A DNA stretch of 64,000 nt from Candidatus Bathyarchaeota archaeon. Its GTDB lineage: Archaea; Thermoproteota; Bathyarchaeia; Bathyarchaeales; Bathycorpusculaceae. Of the stretch, positions 1 through 10,236 are shown in pieces. The position numbers and the translations under genes were made by a program. The stretch spans positions 472,263-536,262 of the forward strand of contig CAWGYA010000002.1 in the NCBI GenBank assembly GCA_963826715.1. The letters are read 5' to 3'. Within the stretch, counting starts at the first letter, position 1. Each line of letters begins with the position of its first letter. The notes under the pieces are model-generated. The model was not told the origin of the DNA. It worked only from the letters and a program-made list of their open reading frames with translations, and did no database searches.

Positions 1-391
1 ACTCCTCTGTGCTTCCTGCATCCAAACCGAGGTTCTTTCTTTCGCAATAATCGTTGTATAGCGTCTGGTAATAAGTTGAATCTAATTGTTTTATCATATC
101 AGACTCGAATTCGGGAAAGATATCGGACAGGAGAATTTCTTTTATCCTGAAATTATTTCTTATAAAAAAACTTTCGTTTCTTTTTGAGGAATAGACAATA
201 ATACGATTATTTCTATTTTGACTAAGAAAGATGTGTAGAGATGCGTCATCTCTAAATTCTTGAAGTTTATAGTTCTTTGCAAGTTCATTTTTGAGATTGC
301 CATCTCTGAGAAGATTCGAGGGGTCATATACATAGATTTTATCGCCAAGCAATTGAATATCCTTGATTATCGAGGTAAACCATTTCTTCAT
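1..391 (-). CDS. pglZ: BREX PglZ-family protein, N-terminal part (runs off the window; absent from the ORF track)
   Basis: Manual translation from ATG 391: MKKWFTSIIKDIQLLGDKIYVYDPSNLLRD...LSDIFPEFESDMIKQLD, open to the window edge; starts 3 nt after the methyltransferase stop; W..I / DP..LL.D / L..IFP pattern resembles BREX-3 PglZ N-termini. Confidence 0.65.
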   Translation of the reverse strand, partial: MKKWFTSIIKDIQLLGDKIYVYDPSNLLRDGNLKNELAKNYKLQEFRDDASLHIFLSQNRNNRIIVYSSKRNESFFIRNNFRIKEILLSDIFPEFESDMIKQLDSTYYQTLYNDYCERKNLGLDAGSTEE

Positions 392-394
392 ACG

Positions 395-2923
395 CTAATC
401 ATCTTTTGCCAGCGCCCAATCAATTATTGCATAAATCTCGTCATCAGACTGAATCACTTTACTATCCAACTTCTTTCCAATAGCTCTAATCTGATCGACA
501 CCCTTCTTGTTGTATAGCTGAATTAAGCCATGCAACAAGGCCTCCTTTCTAACGTCAAAAATCTTCTTACCAGCCTTAGTTTCTTCAACTATTTGCTGGA
601 ACTCCTTATTCAATCTCTTATCTCGCATATCTTCCTTCTCTTTCTTTTCAGCTATAGATGGGAGCCTGTACTTTCCAGTCTCAGTCACAAAATTTTCTTC
701 CAACATCAACTTTAATTCAGGAATTTTGTCATCCGAAGTTAGAAGATTTTTGTTGTACTCAATGGATACTTCACCGTAACTTCTGGGTATTCTCAAGAAT
801 TGAGAAAGCCAAATTATTGCTGTCTTCTCACTGTCAATTCCTAGCACTGTTTGATCGAGATTAAATTTGCCAATGCTTTTCTTCAGCTTTAATCTCTTTT
901 CATATTCAGATATTTGCTCTTTATTGAACCAAAATCCATCTCTTTCCATGAAGTTGTTTCTAAGCAAGCCATAGAACTCAGAGGCATCAATTCTAACTTC
1001 AAAACCATTCTGAATATATTGAGCAAGAAGCTTAGAATATAACATTTGTCGGCTTCTCTCAATATTTGGCTCAACAGGTAGCTTTTCTAAATGTACTTCA
1101 ATGAATTCTTTCTCAAGATTTAATCCACCTTTTCTTAAGAAAGATACCCGAAATTCATCTGATGGCTTGTAAGCATTAATAATAAGATCATTTTTTACCG
1201 AACCTGCTGATGTTACCTGCTTGAAAGTAGTTTGCTTTTTATCTAACACTGCAACTTGCCCAATAATGAAGCCTGCTTTGACAATAGCTTCATGTATACA
1301 CTTCCAAACCGATGCTTGAGAATTATGAAATTCTATCGTTATCCATCTGTTAGGTTTTAAAATGTCAAAATACTCTTTAAAAGAATTTGTCATCAATTGT
1401 CGGTATTCATTTAACGTTTTGTTTTGTGTGTTATTAATAATTGCCTCCTCTTTATTGTTTGTAAAGACTTTTAACCAAGCCTCCCACATGAAATTTAGTT
1501 CTGAATACATTAGATTTCCACCAAACGGTGGATCGGTAAAAATATAATCGACACTATTTTTAGGAACATTTCTCAATGATGAAGCCGATTGAGTAGAAAT
1601 ACATAAGCAAGGTTTTAGCTCATTCAAAAATTGCTGCAATCTACTTGTCTTGTTTATGTGTTCTCTTAAAACCTTAATCATAGAAAGTTCTTTGTTTAAA
1701 GAAGGAACATAAAGCGTTCCACTCATAGGTCCACCCCCAGCTCCAAATTGAGCACCTTGGGATACGAACCTGTATCTTTTCGTTACAGTAGTTCCTACGG
1801 ATGTTACATTAAAAAATCTTGTCGGTGATCGCATTTTAGCTGCAAAAGCTGACAAAACCAACAAATTTCTCAAAGAATAAAATTGGTGAATATTAGTAAT
1901 CCCTCTTTTGTCATTTCTTCTTGATTCGTCCCCTTCCGGCATCCTATTTATTGGGAACCAGTATGGAATTACGTTGCTCTCTATTTTTTTGAGGGTTTCG
2001 TCATCTTGTTTGTCTGGTCTTTTACTATATCTTTTGTTTTGAAAAACATATGAAATATACACTTGCTTTTGCTTTCTCAATATTACTTCTTCACCTAAGA
2101 TGGGATCATATACTTTTTCATATGCACTCTTTCCTTTGCTAGTCGATAGATCTGCACTACATGAAGGGCAAAAATACTGATCTTTTATTTTTCCTATTTC
2201 AACATTAACTGCTGTATCCCAAAAAACGTATTCATTACTACAATGAGGGCATATGAAAACGTCACTCCATATTGAATAAATTATCTTGCCCATTTTACCT
2301 TGGGAGAACGATCTCTCATCATGGACTGTTTCAAACATCCATCCATATTCTTTTTCGATTTCGTCAACTGTTTTAGCGGCTTCGTCCCCGTAATTCAGAC
2401 CCAAAAACGGAAAATTATATCCAAATGCGATGAATGTGGCAGCTGGGGATAAATCTAGTAATATTGCTCTCCTTTTCGTCGTTGAAGCAGCTATACCAGT
2501 CATACCAGTTCCACAAAAACCGTCCAGAATTATATCGCCAGGATCGGTATAGTGCACTATGAATTTCTCAATTGCCTTGTAGGGTACTTTGGTATGATAA
2601 CAGTGTGTTAGATATATAGGATCATTCTTACCTTCGCTTATGTCACCAACAAATGGTTCTTTTTTATAGTTGTCTGTCTCTGAATTGTATGGTTTTCCAT
2701 ATTTTTGTACAAATTGAGTTAGATAGGGGTTAGGATAAGCTGTATAATAAGGGGGGTTTGATAACTCCAGTATATCCTCATCGTCACCTTTGGGAAACCC
2801 CTCTAAAGCTTTCATTCTTTCCATGTCTTGCTTAATCTTTTCTTGAGTCAGCTCTAATGATTTAACAAAATCATCATCCTTCTGGTTCTCAATTAATCTA
2901 TTTTGCTTCATGGAATACCACAT
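395..2923 (-). CDS. pglXI: BREX-3 PglXI-type amino (probably N6-adenine) DNA methyltransferase
   Basis: Motif I LDGFCGTG, motif IV DPPF, internal CPHC/CPSC Zn ribbon; BREX context. Confidence 0.85.
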   Translation of the reverse strand: MWYSMKQNRLIENQKDDDFVKSLELTQEKIKQDMERMKALEGFPKGDDEDILELSNPPYYTAYPNPYLTQFVQKYGKPYNSETDNYKKEPFVGDISEGKNDPIYLTHCYHTKVPYKAIEKFIVHYTDPGDIILDGFCGTGMTGIAASTTKRRAILLDLSPAATFIAFGYNFPFLGLNYGDEAAKTVDEIEKEYGWMFETVHDERSFSQGKMGKIIYSIWSDVFICPHCSNEYVFWDTAVNVEIGKIKDQYFCPSCSADLSTSKGKSAYEKVYDPILGEEVILRKQKQVYISYVFQNKRYSKRPDKQDDETLKKIESNVIPYWFPINRMPEGDESRRNDKRGITNIHQFYSLRNLLVLSAFAAKMRSPTRFFNVTSVGTTVTKRYRFVSQGAQFGAGGGPMSGTLYVPSLNKELSMIKVLREHINKTSRLQQFLNELKPCLCISTQSASSLRNVPKNSVDYIFTDPPFGGNLMYSELNFMWEAWLKVFTNNKEEAIINNTQNKTLNEYRQLMTNSFKEYFDILKPNRWITIEFHNSQASVWKCIHEAIVKAGFIIGQVAVLDKKQTTFKQVTSAGSVKNDLIINAYKPSDEFRVSFLRKGGLNLEKEFIEVHLEKLPVEPNIERSRQMLYSKLLAQYIQNGFEVRIDASEFYGLLRNNFMERDGFWFNKEQISEYEKRLKLKKSIGKFNLDQTVLGIDSEKTAIIWLSQFLRIPRSYGEVSIEYNKNLLTSDDKIPELKLMLEENFVTETGKYRLPSIAEKKEKEDMRDKRLNKEFQQIVEETKAGKKIFDVRKEALLHGLIQLYNKKGVDQIRAIGKKLDSKVIQSDDEIYAIIDWALAKDD

Positions 2924-5799
2924 TATTTAGTTATTCGAATTTGGGTAACTGCAAATAGTTTGATGATGGGTACGAGATTTTTCTTCCTTTCAAGCCCTAT
3001 TTTTTCTTGAATCCTTTGCTGCAACAGTTCTTTTAGTTTTGATTCTTTTATATTAGCTATTGCGATATTCTGAATTGCTTTTTCCTTATCATCAAAATAC
3101 TTTGAGTACTTTTCCTGTTCTTCGGTAACCTTTTTTATCAATTCAAGCTTGGCTACGCTAAAAAGTTGCCGCACTTTGCTTTCGAGTTCTAAGTTAGAGA
3201 CTTCCATTGCTTTATCAGGTTCTGTAATAACTTTCACATTTATTCCAGTTTGCAAACTCTGACTGCCTTCCAGATTTTCAAGTAGTCTACTTACATTTTC
3301 ATTGTATTTCAAATTATCATCTATGAATACAGGGGCCAAGAATCTTCTTAAGAATCCTTGATTATTTGTGAAATCGACTCTATAATAAAAAAGGAGCCCT
3401 TTTGTCTCATAATTCGAATTTAATAGTTCAGCAGTAAAAGTAAGAAAATCTTTTTCCATAATTTCCTCAGTGATTTTTTGGACCAACGGATGTGTAATGC
3501 CTATGTACTCATAATTTTCGTTCTCCAGAGCGATATCCTTGTCAAAAACAGCATTTCTTAGCCTTGAATCCCCAATTTGCTGGTCTGAATAATACACACC
3601 TTTCGACTTTGAATACTCAGTCAATGCTGAGTTGCTCATCTTACCATAAGATTCAACGAGATTCTTAATAATTAATGACGCATTCTTAACAACTGAGTTC
3701 TGAAGTTTTTTAAAATCTATTGGGTCAGAGAAAGGAACAAGATATTCTTGCTTTTCAATAATATCTTGAGCTCGGCTGTAAATTTCGTCACCTATTTTTT
3801 GGAGCTCCAAAGCTTTGCTGTTATTGAACTTAATCGCTTCAATGAATATCTTATCAAAATTGAATTCGTCTTGTAATAGACTCAGCACATCTGTTTTCTT
3901 GTCATCGCCAAATTGCGCAGCGATTCTATCCAGCTTTTCATTGAGAACATCTCTAATTCTTTCTTCAACGGTATCCTTTAGGATAAAATTGAACACAAGG
4001 ACGTCTTTCTTTTGGCCAATTCTATCAAGCCTTCCGATCCTTTGTTCAATTTTCATTGGATTCCAAGGTAAATCGTAATTAATCATAATGTGGGCAAATT
4101 GAAGGTTGATGCCTTCCCCGCCTGCGTCTGTTGAAATTAAAATTTGAAAATCTTCTTTGAACTTCATTTTTGCTTCAATCTTTTTGTCGAGAGGCATTTT
4201 TCCATTCAAGTAGGCAACTTTGAAACCCAGACTTTCCAGTATTTCTCCGAGATATTTCTGAGTTGAGATAAATTCAGTAAAAATCAAAAATTTTGTATGC
4301 AAATCGCTTTCTCTTTTGATAACCTCATTTATTATTTCAACAGCTTTTTTCACTTTAAAATCGTGGCGACCAAAGCTTGCTCTCTTAGCTAACATAACGC
4401 ATTTAGTTAGTATTTCTATTTCGTCATTTATTTTAGATTCAATTGCAATAATATTCCTTTTACTCTCAGCAGGATCGCTTATTAACTCATCATAAGCCTC
4501 CTGACCCTGCAAATCATCAAGCTCAACATCGTCTGCAATTTTCTTTATTTCTTTTGATGTTTCAGATGATATGCCTCGTAACAATTCAAGTCGTTTGTTA
4601 AGCGCCTCGTATATTGCTCGGGAGCTACTGGACACCATTCTCTGATACAATATAAGAAGAAACATGAAAGCGAAATTTCCCTCTCTCGATGCTAGGTTAT
4701 AATAGCTCGAAACATAATCGCTGACTTCATCGTATAGTTGGACCTCAATATCCTCAGGTTCTCTCTGAATTTTAACAATGCTCGTAATTCTTGATTTAAA
4801 GATAAGATTACCATTGAAATCTGTAGCTGCCCTTTTCTTATTCTTGATCGTTACAGATCTTACGTTATCGGGAATTAGAGAATCTGATGCATAAAACTTG
4901 TAAGAGTCAATCAAGGAGAGCAAGTGTCTAAATTTTTCCCCATCCCCTTGATGAGGTGTCGCAGTCAACAAAAGAAAAATTGGCGTAACCTCAGAAAGCG
5001 CTTTCCCAATCTTATATCTTGATGTTTCTGTACCTTCTGAGTCTTTACTTAACTTGTGCGCTTCATCAAAAATTACCATATCCCAATCTGCGTTAATACA
5101 TCCGTCAGTAACATTTTGATTATGCTCTTCTCTACTTTTTCTCACTTGCTCAGATAAAGAATTCCTAATTGCTTTTGGCTTAAGAAAGTCAAGAGAGGTA
5201 ATAACATAATTGTATTTTTTCCAAACGTTTACATTTCCATGAATCTCTTGCAGAGCTCTGAAGGTATTCCTATCTATGATAGTGAAATCTTCATTAAATT
5301 TAGTTTTTAATTCATCTTTCCATTGGGATGTTAATCCTGCGGGAGTTATGATGATTATTCTTTTTACCATATTTCTAAGCTTTAGTTCTTCGAATATCAA
5401 TGAAGCTTCGATTGTTTTACCTAAACCTACCTCGTCAGCAATTAGGCATCTTGGCTTGAATTGTTCAATGATTTGGTTTACTGCTAATATTTGATGAGGT
5501 AAAGGAACAATTTTGAAATTATTGGCCGCGACAATTTTGTCCTGGTATAGCAATGCATTGATTTTTTCAGATAATATTCGAAGTTTCAAAAGATGTAAAA
5601 CATCGAATTCTCCGTTATTTAACTTTTCAAGCGGAGTTACTACCTTTGAAGTATCTTTTTCCTCAAGCGTCAAAGTCTCCTTAGATTTAGGAAAATAAAT
5701 CTCATAATAATTGGTGCCATCAAAGGAATGAATATTGATTATTCGACCTTGCTCTAAATCAGCATATACTGGACTTCTGACTATGTCTCCAATTTTCGT
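2923..5799 (-). CDS. brxHII: SNF2/RapA-like helicase, BrxHII; probable start at ACG 5799 (ORF track uses TTG 5673)
   Basis: ADEVGLGKT, DEAH, LTATP, QRIGRLDRIGQ motifs; 42-codon in-frame extension (T/M)KIGDIVRSP... upstream of 5673. Confidence 0.85.
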   Translation of the reverse strand, partial: TKIGDIVRSPVYADLEQGRIINIHSFDGTNYYEIYFPKSKETLTLEEKDTSKVVTPLEKLNNGEFDVLHLLKLRILSEKINALLYQDKIVAANNFKIVPLPHQILAVNQIIEQFKPRCLIADEVGLGKTIEASLIFEELKLRNMVKRIIIITPAGLTSQWKDELKTKFNEDFTIIDRNTFRALQEIHGNVNVWKKYNYVITSLDFLKPKAIRNSLSEQVRKSREEHNQNVTDGCINADWDMVIFDEAHKLSKDSEGTETSRYKIGKALSEVTPIFLLLTATPHQGDGEKFRHLLSLIDSYKFYASDSLIPDNVRSVTIKNKKRAATDFNGNLIFKSRITSIVKIQREPEDIEVQLYDEVSDYVSSYYNLASREGNFAFMFLLILYQRMVSSSSRAIYEALNKRLELLRGISSETSKEIKKIADDVELDDLQGQEAYDELISDPAESKRNIIAIESKINDEIEILTKCVMLAKRASFGRHDFKVKKAVEIINEVIKRESDLHTKFLIFTEFISTQKYLGEILESLGFKVAYLNGKMPLDKKIEAKMKFKEDFQILISTDAGGEGINLQFAHIMINYDLPWNPMKIEQRIGRLDRIGQKKDVLVFNFILKDTVEERIRDVLNEKLDRIAAQFGDDKKTDVLSLLQDEFNFDKIFIEAIKFNNSKALELQKIGDEIYSRAQDIIEKQEYLVPFSDPIDFKKLQNSVVKNASLIIKNLVESYGKMSNSALTEYSKSKGVYYSDQQIGDSRLRNAVFDKDIALENENYEYIGITHPLVQKITEEIMEKDFLTFTAELLNSNYETKGLLFYYRVDFTNNQGFLRRFLAPVFIDDNLKYNENVSRLLENLEGSQSLQTGINVKVITEPDKAMEVSNLELESKVRQLFSVAKLELIKKVTEEQEKYSKYFDDKEKAIQNIAIANIKESKLKELLQQRIQEKIGLERKKNLVPIIKLFAVTQIRITK

Positions 5800-5868
5800 A
5801 TTCTATCCCTCTGACGATTCCTTTAATCTAAAGTCTTTGCAGGCACCGACTACCGCTATGAGGCTATT

Positions 5869-8800
5869 TTACTTCGTAATTCTCTTGATTTTGAGCCGAA
5901 CATTTTCTTTGTTGTCTGCTTTCAATATTCCTTCTATGAAGGAATCGATACTCTCTTTGAAATTGTCAACTTTTAAAATGTCAGTCTCTTCAGTCAACTT
6001 TTTGTATAGATCAACAAGGTCTACTTCCTTGATTTCCAAATGCCGCAGTAAATTGTTTATGGCTTCGACCGTTTTATCATTTATTTCTTTATCTAGATAT
6101 CCCTGCGAGATTATTCTTTGAATTATTCTTTTTTCGTCATGTTCAAGGTTTGAAAAATTATTTTGGTTCTGAATTATTTCTTCAACAATACGAGACTCCC
6201 ACATTTGTAAAATTTTTTCGAAACCCTGATTCAAAGCCTCAATTTGCGAATTTATGTTTCGTAGTGAATCCTCATTTAGATTTGGAAACTGGCAATGTGG
6301 GCAAATAGTTAGAGTCTTTAATTCATCAACATTAAAAACAAGGCATTTTAGGTCCCTAAGTTGGGCAATCCTAAGCATGCCGTCAGTGAATGAGCCGTCA
6401 TTATTGTAATTTATTTTTTGCAATATCTTTAATCGTTTTACCGTCTCAGAATTCTCTATATCCTCAAGTGTTCTCCAGTCAACTTTCTTTCCAACATATT
6501 TCTCGTGTGTATCATAGTAAATTTGCTGCCATTTTTCTTTGAAAAGCTTACCTTTGCCTTTTAGTGGTTCTCTTTCATCATTCTTGAGCATTTTTTTAAT
6601 GCTGCTAACTATTAATTTTGAGTCGTCATAAATTTTGAGTAGTTGTTCACTTTCATTTGATTTGAAGAAATCAGATTTTATACACTCGTTAACGTTTTTC
6701 ATGTAACTAATGTCTGATTGAATGTACGTAAAGTAATCATTGAAAAAGCTCTTTAATTTCTGAATAGTATCGTAGCCTTGCTTGATCTGATTAATTCTAT
6801 CTGGGCTGTAATCCAGCTTTTTGAATTCTACAATTGATTTTATTCTTAACTTTGAGAAATCGACTTTTTCAATCTCTTGAACCTTCTCATTTAGAGCTTC
6901 AATAGGGATCCCAATATCTATCGATTGTTTTAGTCTTTCAAAATCCTCGCCAATTTCTTTAATGTCCTTTTGTATTCTTTCAACCTTTTCTATGTATTTC
7001 CTGTAAGCTTCTGGTCTATCTCTTTGAGTCTGCAAAAGACTCTTGTCCTCACCTATTGCATCAAATAACGTTTGAACCTTTGAAACATTGAGGTCTTCTT
7101 CTTTTTTGATGTATGAAATATCATCAAAAGCTCTGAGTCCTCCACTAAATAGCGTATAGAAATCCGAAGCGGAATACAGGTTACCTCTTTTTGAGCTCAA
7201 TATTATGTCGCCATTTCTTAGAAGCACAGCCAAAATTAATTGCGTCAACTCACCCTGAAGACCGAATGGTTTTTTGGAAAACTCAGTTAGCACTTCCTGA
7301 ATTGATATATTCTTGCCATCCTCTAACTTGTCAAGAATGACCTTTGTATATTCGCTCTCTGTTGTATCAAGTCTATTGTCCTTGTACAACCCAAGAGGGA
7401 GCAAGATATTTGTTGATTGGGTTAAGAGGTCTTGCACAATTCCTTGCTGTTTCTGGGAAATATCCCTTAAAATAGACTCAATTGTCCCTCTGATGTTTTC
7501 CGATGAGAGTTTTGACCTAAGTTTAGGGTACTTTGAGAATTCTTTTGTAAATTCTTCATTCAAAATTCTCTGCTTTATCTGACTAAATATTTCAGCGCTT
7601 ACATCAGCTGAAACACCTAAATCCTCCCCAAGTCTGCAATTCTTTCCCTGATAGGTAATTTTCGCGTTTTGTAATGCTTCAATGAGGCGAGGTCTTAGCT
7701 CTCTATCAATTTCATTTCTTTTTTTATTCTGCATTATAGAGACATAAGCTTTGGTTTTGATAAACTCGTCAATTGCAGCTAATCTCTTGATACTGTGGCT
7801 AAACCGTTCTGAAAAAGCTAAACTAATTTGGATATTTCTTTTATGATTGACCTTCGTTTCTTTAATGCCATAACCCAAAAAAGTTACTGCATAATCTAGA
7901 TTGTCTTTGACATCTAGCTCGTATCCAATATCAATCAACAGTGTACCATTTCTAAAGGAGTTTCTATCATTCCAATGAGCGGAATCATCAAGAACATATT
8001 TTTGACTATTTTCAAAATACGACAGTTTATCAGCTTCAAGTAAAATATCCAGTTCTTGTAAAAGAAAGCTCTCAGCAAATCTTTCATTAACATACTTGAG
8101 ATCATCCATATTTGCGACTTTATTTTCAATGATGACATCTATGTCAATCGTTTTTTGCAGATCTAAGTAATAAACGCCATCTTCACTTCTGCTGATAAGT
8201 TGACCATCAGATACCTTTCTTAAATTTTCAAGAATTCTTTCTATATCATCCACTGGATTGAGTATTTTACTAGTAGGAATAACGAAAAGCGTATTTGCAA
8301 GCTCTTGTGCAGTTGCGCCGTTTTTATTTGAGGCATTAATTAAGTTGAGTATTGCTAATGCCTTTACAAGCTTGAGCGCTGTAGGTCTAAGTTTCGCATC
8401 AATAAGGTCAATTTTCGATTTAAGAGTGTCAACAGCTTCACATATTGGTCTAACCTCAGGATTGTTTTTGATTGTTGACACTTTTTCCATATCATCATAG
8501 ATTTTATCATATGTTATGAAAGCCGGAAATTCTTCATCTAAGACACGTCTTATCTCCTTACTCAAGAACTGTATGATGCCTCTCTTTTCATAGAAAGGTA
8601 ACTTTGAGAAAACTTCAATTACGTATGGGTGAATTGGATAAATGTTCACGTATTTGGACTCTTCAACGGCTAAATTACTAAAATAGTGAGCGATTTTACC
8701 AAACTCTTTTGTTAGTTCCATTTTTTGATTGGCATTCTTGCTTACAATCCTCTTAGAAATCATTTCTTCTACGCTTTCATTTGTGATGTAGATAGGCAAG

Positions 8801-9510
8801 TACCTTTGTTGAGCTCTTCCTATTTCGGAGGATTGATCAACATATTTTGGATCTTGAAAAATATTCTGCTGCATCGACACCATGAACATAAAATCAAGTG
8901 TGTTTGAGCATTCACCTAATTGCCGGTAAACCTGAATATCAAAATTCATATCTTCCCTTTTCTTCTGCCTTAGAAAGTCTGAAAACTCATCAAATATAAC
9001 CAAAAGGCCTTTCTTTGGATCTTTATTTTTTATGTCGTCAACGATCTCCTGGACAAGTTCTTTGACATTTTTGTCACCTTTTTCGGGATCCATTTCCCTT
9101 ATCTCAATTCCATAAGTCTCCCTGAGTTGTTTTCTAACTCTGTAAAAAAATGTCCTTGCAAGTGATCTGTTTTGAACAGCATCAAGCTCATACTTCACAA
9201 TAAAGAATTCTCTTTTAATTGAGCCTAACTTTTCTCTAATTTTTTCGTTTTTAACATACTCAATTAATGTTGAATTGGATAAGACTAAGGAGAGAAATCC
9301 TAAAAGATGGGATTTGCCGGTTCCATAATTTCCGATTATGTTGGCTGATTTATGCTTCTGGGAATCCAATACGCTGAGTAAATCAAGCAATTCTTCCTCA
9401 AGAGTTGGAGAAATTACATATTCCTCAACTAATTCTTTCTCGTTCTTAATCGATCCAATCTCTATGACGTCTTGTATTTCTTGGTAGTTGATGATTTGAT
9501 TGACTTTCAT
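5869..9510 (-). CDS. brxC: BREX BrxC/PglY-family large P-loop ATPase (DUF6079-like)
   Basis: Walker A GNYGTGKS, Walker B VIFDEF, YPIHP motif, coiled coil, C-terminal CPHC; 1213 aa. Confidence 0.85.
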   Translation of the reverse strand: MKVNQIINYQEIQDVIEIGSIKNEKELVEEYVISPTLEEELLDLLSVLDSQKHKSANIIGNYGTGKSHLLGFLSLVLSNSTLIEYVKNEKIREKLGSIKREFFIVKYELDAVQNRSLARTFFYRVRKQLRETYGIEIREMDPEKGDKNVKELVQEIVDDIKNKDPKKGLLVIFDEFSDFLRQKKREDMNFDIQVYRQLGECSNTLDFMFMVSMQQNIFQDPKYVDQSSEIGRAQQRYLPIYITNESVEEMISKRIVSKNANQKMELTKEFGKIAHYFSNLAVEESKYVNIYPIHPYVIEVFSKLPFYEKRGIIQFLSKEIRRVLDEEFPAFITYDKIYDDMEKVSTIKNNPEVRPICEAVDTLKSKIDLIDAKLRPTALKLVKALAILNLINASNKNGATAQELANTLFVIPTSKILNPVDDIERILENLRKVSDGQLISRSEDGVYYLDLQKTIDIDVIIENKVANMDDLKYVNERFAESFLLQELDILLEADKLSYFENSQKYVLDDSAHWNDRNSFRNGTLLIDIGYELDVKDNLDYAVTFLGYGIKETKVNHKRNIQISLAFSERFSHSIKRLAAIDEFIKTKAYVSIMQNKKRNEIDRELRPRLIEALQNAKITYQGKNCRLGEDLGVSADVSAEIFSQIKQRILNEEFTKEFSKYPKLRSKLSSENIRGTIESILRDISQKQQGIVQDLLTQSTNILLPLGLYKDNRLDTTESEYTKVILDKLEDGKNISIQEVLTEFSKKPFGLQGELTQLILAVLLRNGDIILSSKRGNLYSASDFYTLFSGGLRAFDDISYIKKEEDLNVSKVQTLFDAIGEDKSLLQTQRDRPEAYRKYIEKVERIQKDIKEIGEDFERLKQSIDIGIPIEALNEKVQEIEKVDFSKLRIKSIVEFKKLDYSPDRINQIKQGYDTIQKLKSFFNDYFTYIQSDISYMKNVNECIKSDFFKSNESEQLLKIYDDSKLIVSSIKKMLKNDEREPLKGKGKLFKEKWQQIYYDTHEKYVGKKVDWRTLEDIENSETVKRLKILQKINYNNDGSFTDGMLRIAQLRDLKCLVFNVDELKTLTICPHCQFPNLNEDSLRNINSQIEALNQGFEKILQMWESRIVEEIIQNQNNFSNLEHDEKRIIQRIISQGYLDKEINDKTVEAINNLLRHLEIKEVDLVDLYKKLTEETDILKVDNFKESIDSFIEGILKADNKENVRLKIKRITK

Positions 9511-9514
9511 AGCA

Positions 9515-9982
9515 TTACCAGCCTATTACGAATCCTTCGTTGTTGGAGATATCTAACTCCATATAATCGGGAGTACCTTCCTCTGAATAGATAAGTAAGT
9601 TATTCTTCCTTTTTGCTTTTATAAATAAAATGATAACTTTCTTTTTCCTTGTAAGATAATTAAAAGTATTAATCGGATTTATCTTGCCAACTTCCTCACT
9701 GAAGAGATAATCGATATTGTCAAATGCAATCACGTCAGAGCCCATATTATGGAAAAAATCCCGAAGTTTGTCTGCTGCTTCTTGATCTCTATCTTTTTGA
9801 GGAATTGCTAGTAGAAGTTGAGCTAACTCGGCGGATAGATTGAAGACTTGTATATTATTTTCTAAACAATATTTCTTATAAAAGTCAGGATCGTGTGACT
9901 TGGTTCTTTCGTCATTTATTATTATTAGCTTGTTATATTGCTCTTTAGCGCTCTCTATCAACTTAGCAAAATCATTCATCAT
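9515..9982 (-). CDS. brxF: BREX-3 BrxF-like small protein with degenerate P-loop
   Basis: 155 aa directly upstream of brxC; NLSAELAQLL, DNIDYLF and LIYSEEGTPDY patterns resemble BrxF. Confidence 0.7.
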   Translation of the reverse strand: MMNDFAKLIESAKEQYNKLIIINDERTKSHDPDFYKKYCLENNIQVFNLSAELAQLLLAIPQKDRDQEAADKLRDFFHNMGSDVIAFDNIDYLFSEEVGKINPINTFNYLTRKKKVIILFIKAKRKNNLLIYSEEGTPDYMELDISNNEGFVIGW

Positions 9983-10142
9983 TAACGCTCACCAAACAAC
10001 CCATTATACTGAATACTCATACTACCAGTAACCAATTTTACAGTTACAGATTCGTTCAACGTCAGACATTTTAGATTTTATACAGCCGTCTTGGTATTTA
10101 ATACTACCGTGTTAGCGGAATTATCAATTCTGTCCTTTTGCT

Positions 10143-10169
10143 TTTAGTCATCAATCGCTCTTGACTAAA
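10143..10169. promoter_or_regulatory. Palindromic candidate operator TTTAGTCA-N11-TGACTAAA in the divergent brxF/brxA interval
   Basis: Perfect 8-bp inverted repeat seen directly. Confidence 0.35.
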
Positions 10170-10236
10170 GGAGGGTATCCGAAAAAATACAGCATTAATA
10201 TAAACCAAAAAATAGATAAATCAACCCATCTCAAGA

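Noticed and set aside
160-348. 62-aa minus-strand ORF in the track
   Set aside because: Out-of-frame shadow of the PglZ-like frame starting at 391
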